Part shown: positions 63,629 through 64,000 of the stretch, one piece after another | Layout of the letters: every line of letters starts with the position of its first letter | Position numbering within the stretch: the stretch's first letter is position 1 | Program-made: the position numbers and the translations under genes | Source: an uncultured virus (IMG/VR IMGVR_UViG_3300011977_000424) | Taxonomy: Duplodnaviria; Heunggongvirae; Uroviricota; Caudoviricetes | Length of the DNA: 64,000 nucleotides | Reading direction: 5' to 3' (one strand) | IMG/VR virus record: IMGVR_UViG_3300011977_000424 | The notes under the pieces: model-generated | Told to the model about the DNA's origin: nothing | Database searches by the model: none | Seen by the model: only the letters and a program-made list of their open reading frames with translations

Positions 63629-64000
63629 ATGAAGAAGAAAGACGAAAACAAAACCGAAAAATCGGAAAGTAAAACTCCGAAAAAGCCTACAAGGGCGGCT
63701 TCAACGGCAAAGAAACGCACGAAAAAGGAAAGTGCTGCGCCTGCTAAGGAAAATAAAGAAGCTGCAGTGGAAAATCCTGCTCCAGTTGAGGAAAGCAAGC
63801 CTAAGCAAACGCGCAATGAGAAGGGCCAGTTCGTTAAGGGCTCACACTCCACTGGGCGGCCTCGTGGTGCCAAAGGTAGATATACCAATGTTCGTGACGC
63901 TCTCAAAGAACAAGTTATGCCATTCGTAAATACTCTGGGTGAGCTACTCATACAAATCAAGGATCCTGGCGACCGTGCCGGTGCTATTGCCAAGTTCCTA
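63629..64000 (+). CDS. Terminase small subunit-like protein (partial, runs off the window; absent from the ORF track)
   Basis: Open for 124 codons: Lys/Glu-rich N-terminus then RNEKGQFVKGSHSTGRPRGAK (GxFxKG...GRPxG motif). Confidence 0.6.
   Translation, partial: MKKKDENKTEKSESKTPKKPTRAASTAKKRTKKESAAPAKENKEAAVENPAPVEESKPKQTRNEKGQFVKGSHSTGRPRGAKGRYTNVRDALKEQVMPFVNTLGELLIQIKDPGDRAGAIAKFL

Larger units (their letters stand above)
835..64000. mobile_element. Integrated temperate prophage (podovirus-like, Bacteroidales host); right end lies beyond the window
   Basis: Integrase at the left edge followed by repressor, replication, lysis, tail, capsid, terminase and portal genes. Confidence 0.95.

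Noticed and set aside
63517..63993. Minus-strand 158-aa ORF in the track
   Set aside because: Shadow of the + strand TerS-like ORF starting at 63629, and it runs across the promoter region.
1..64000. A second VR/target for the DGR
   Set aside because: No further TR-like copy was noticed by eye; a BLASTn of TR against the whole genome is needed to exclude remote targets.

Overview
The window covers the left ~63 kb of a temperate, podovirus-type prophage in a Bacteroidales (Prevotella-like) host. The host assignment rests on TAnnTTTG promoter elements, A-rich start contexts without Shine-Dalgarno sequences, and a BspA-type LRR host gene that appears truncated at the insertion point (~835-865). 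Left arm: tyrosine integrase, immunity region, and an early/replication operon (DUF6291-type initiator, VRR-NUC, ASCH-like, DUF4406, N6-MTase). Middle: tail nozzle and adaptor genes, a lysis cassette, and a complete diversity-generating retroelement (RT, TR, and a VR in a 2286-aa target). Right: head module (MCP, scaffold, rhomboid protease, TerL, portal), a 7103-aa DarB-like polyvalent protein, ejection proteins, and a partial TerS-like gene at the edge. The most unusual observations are five. (1) A phage rhomboid protease sits beside a major capsid protein that has a signal/TM-like leader, with no canonical prohead protease in the window. (2) A full antisense promoter plus a cloverleaf-like RNA is hidden at the 3' end of the PBECR nuclease domain of the giant gene. 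(3) Several +1-frame genes are nested in the giant gene's linkers. (4) A 12-bp box lies exactly 21 nt upstream of the -7 element at four structural-operon promoters. (5) A 42-aa mini-paralog of the capsid N-arm is encoded directly before the MCP. All family assignments come from motif recognition by eye; no database search was run.
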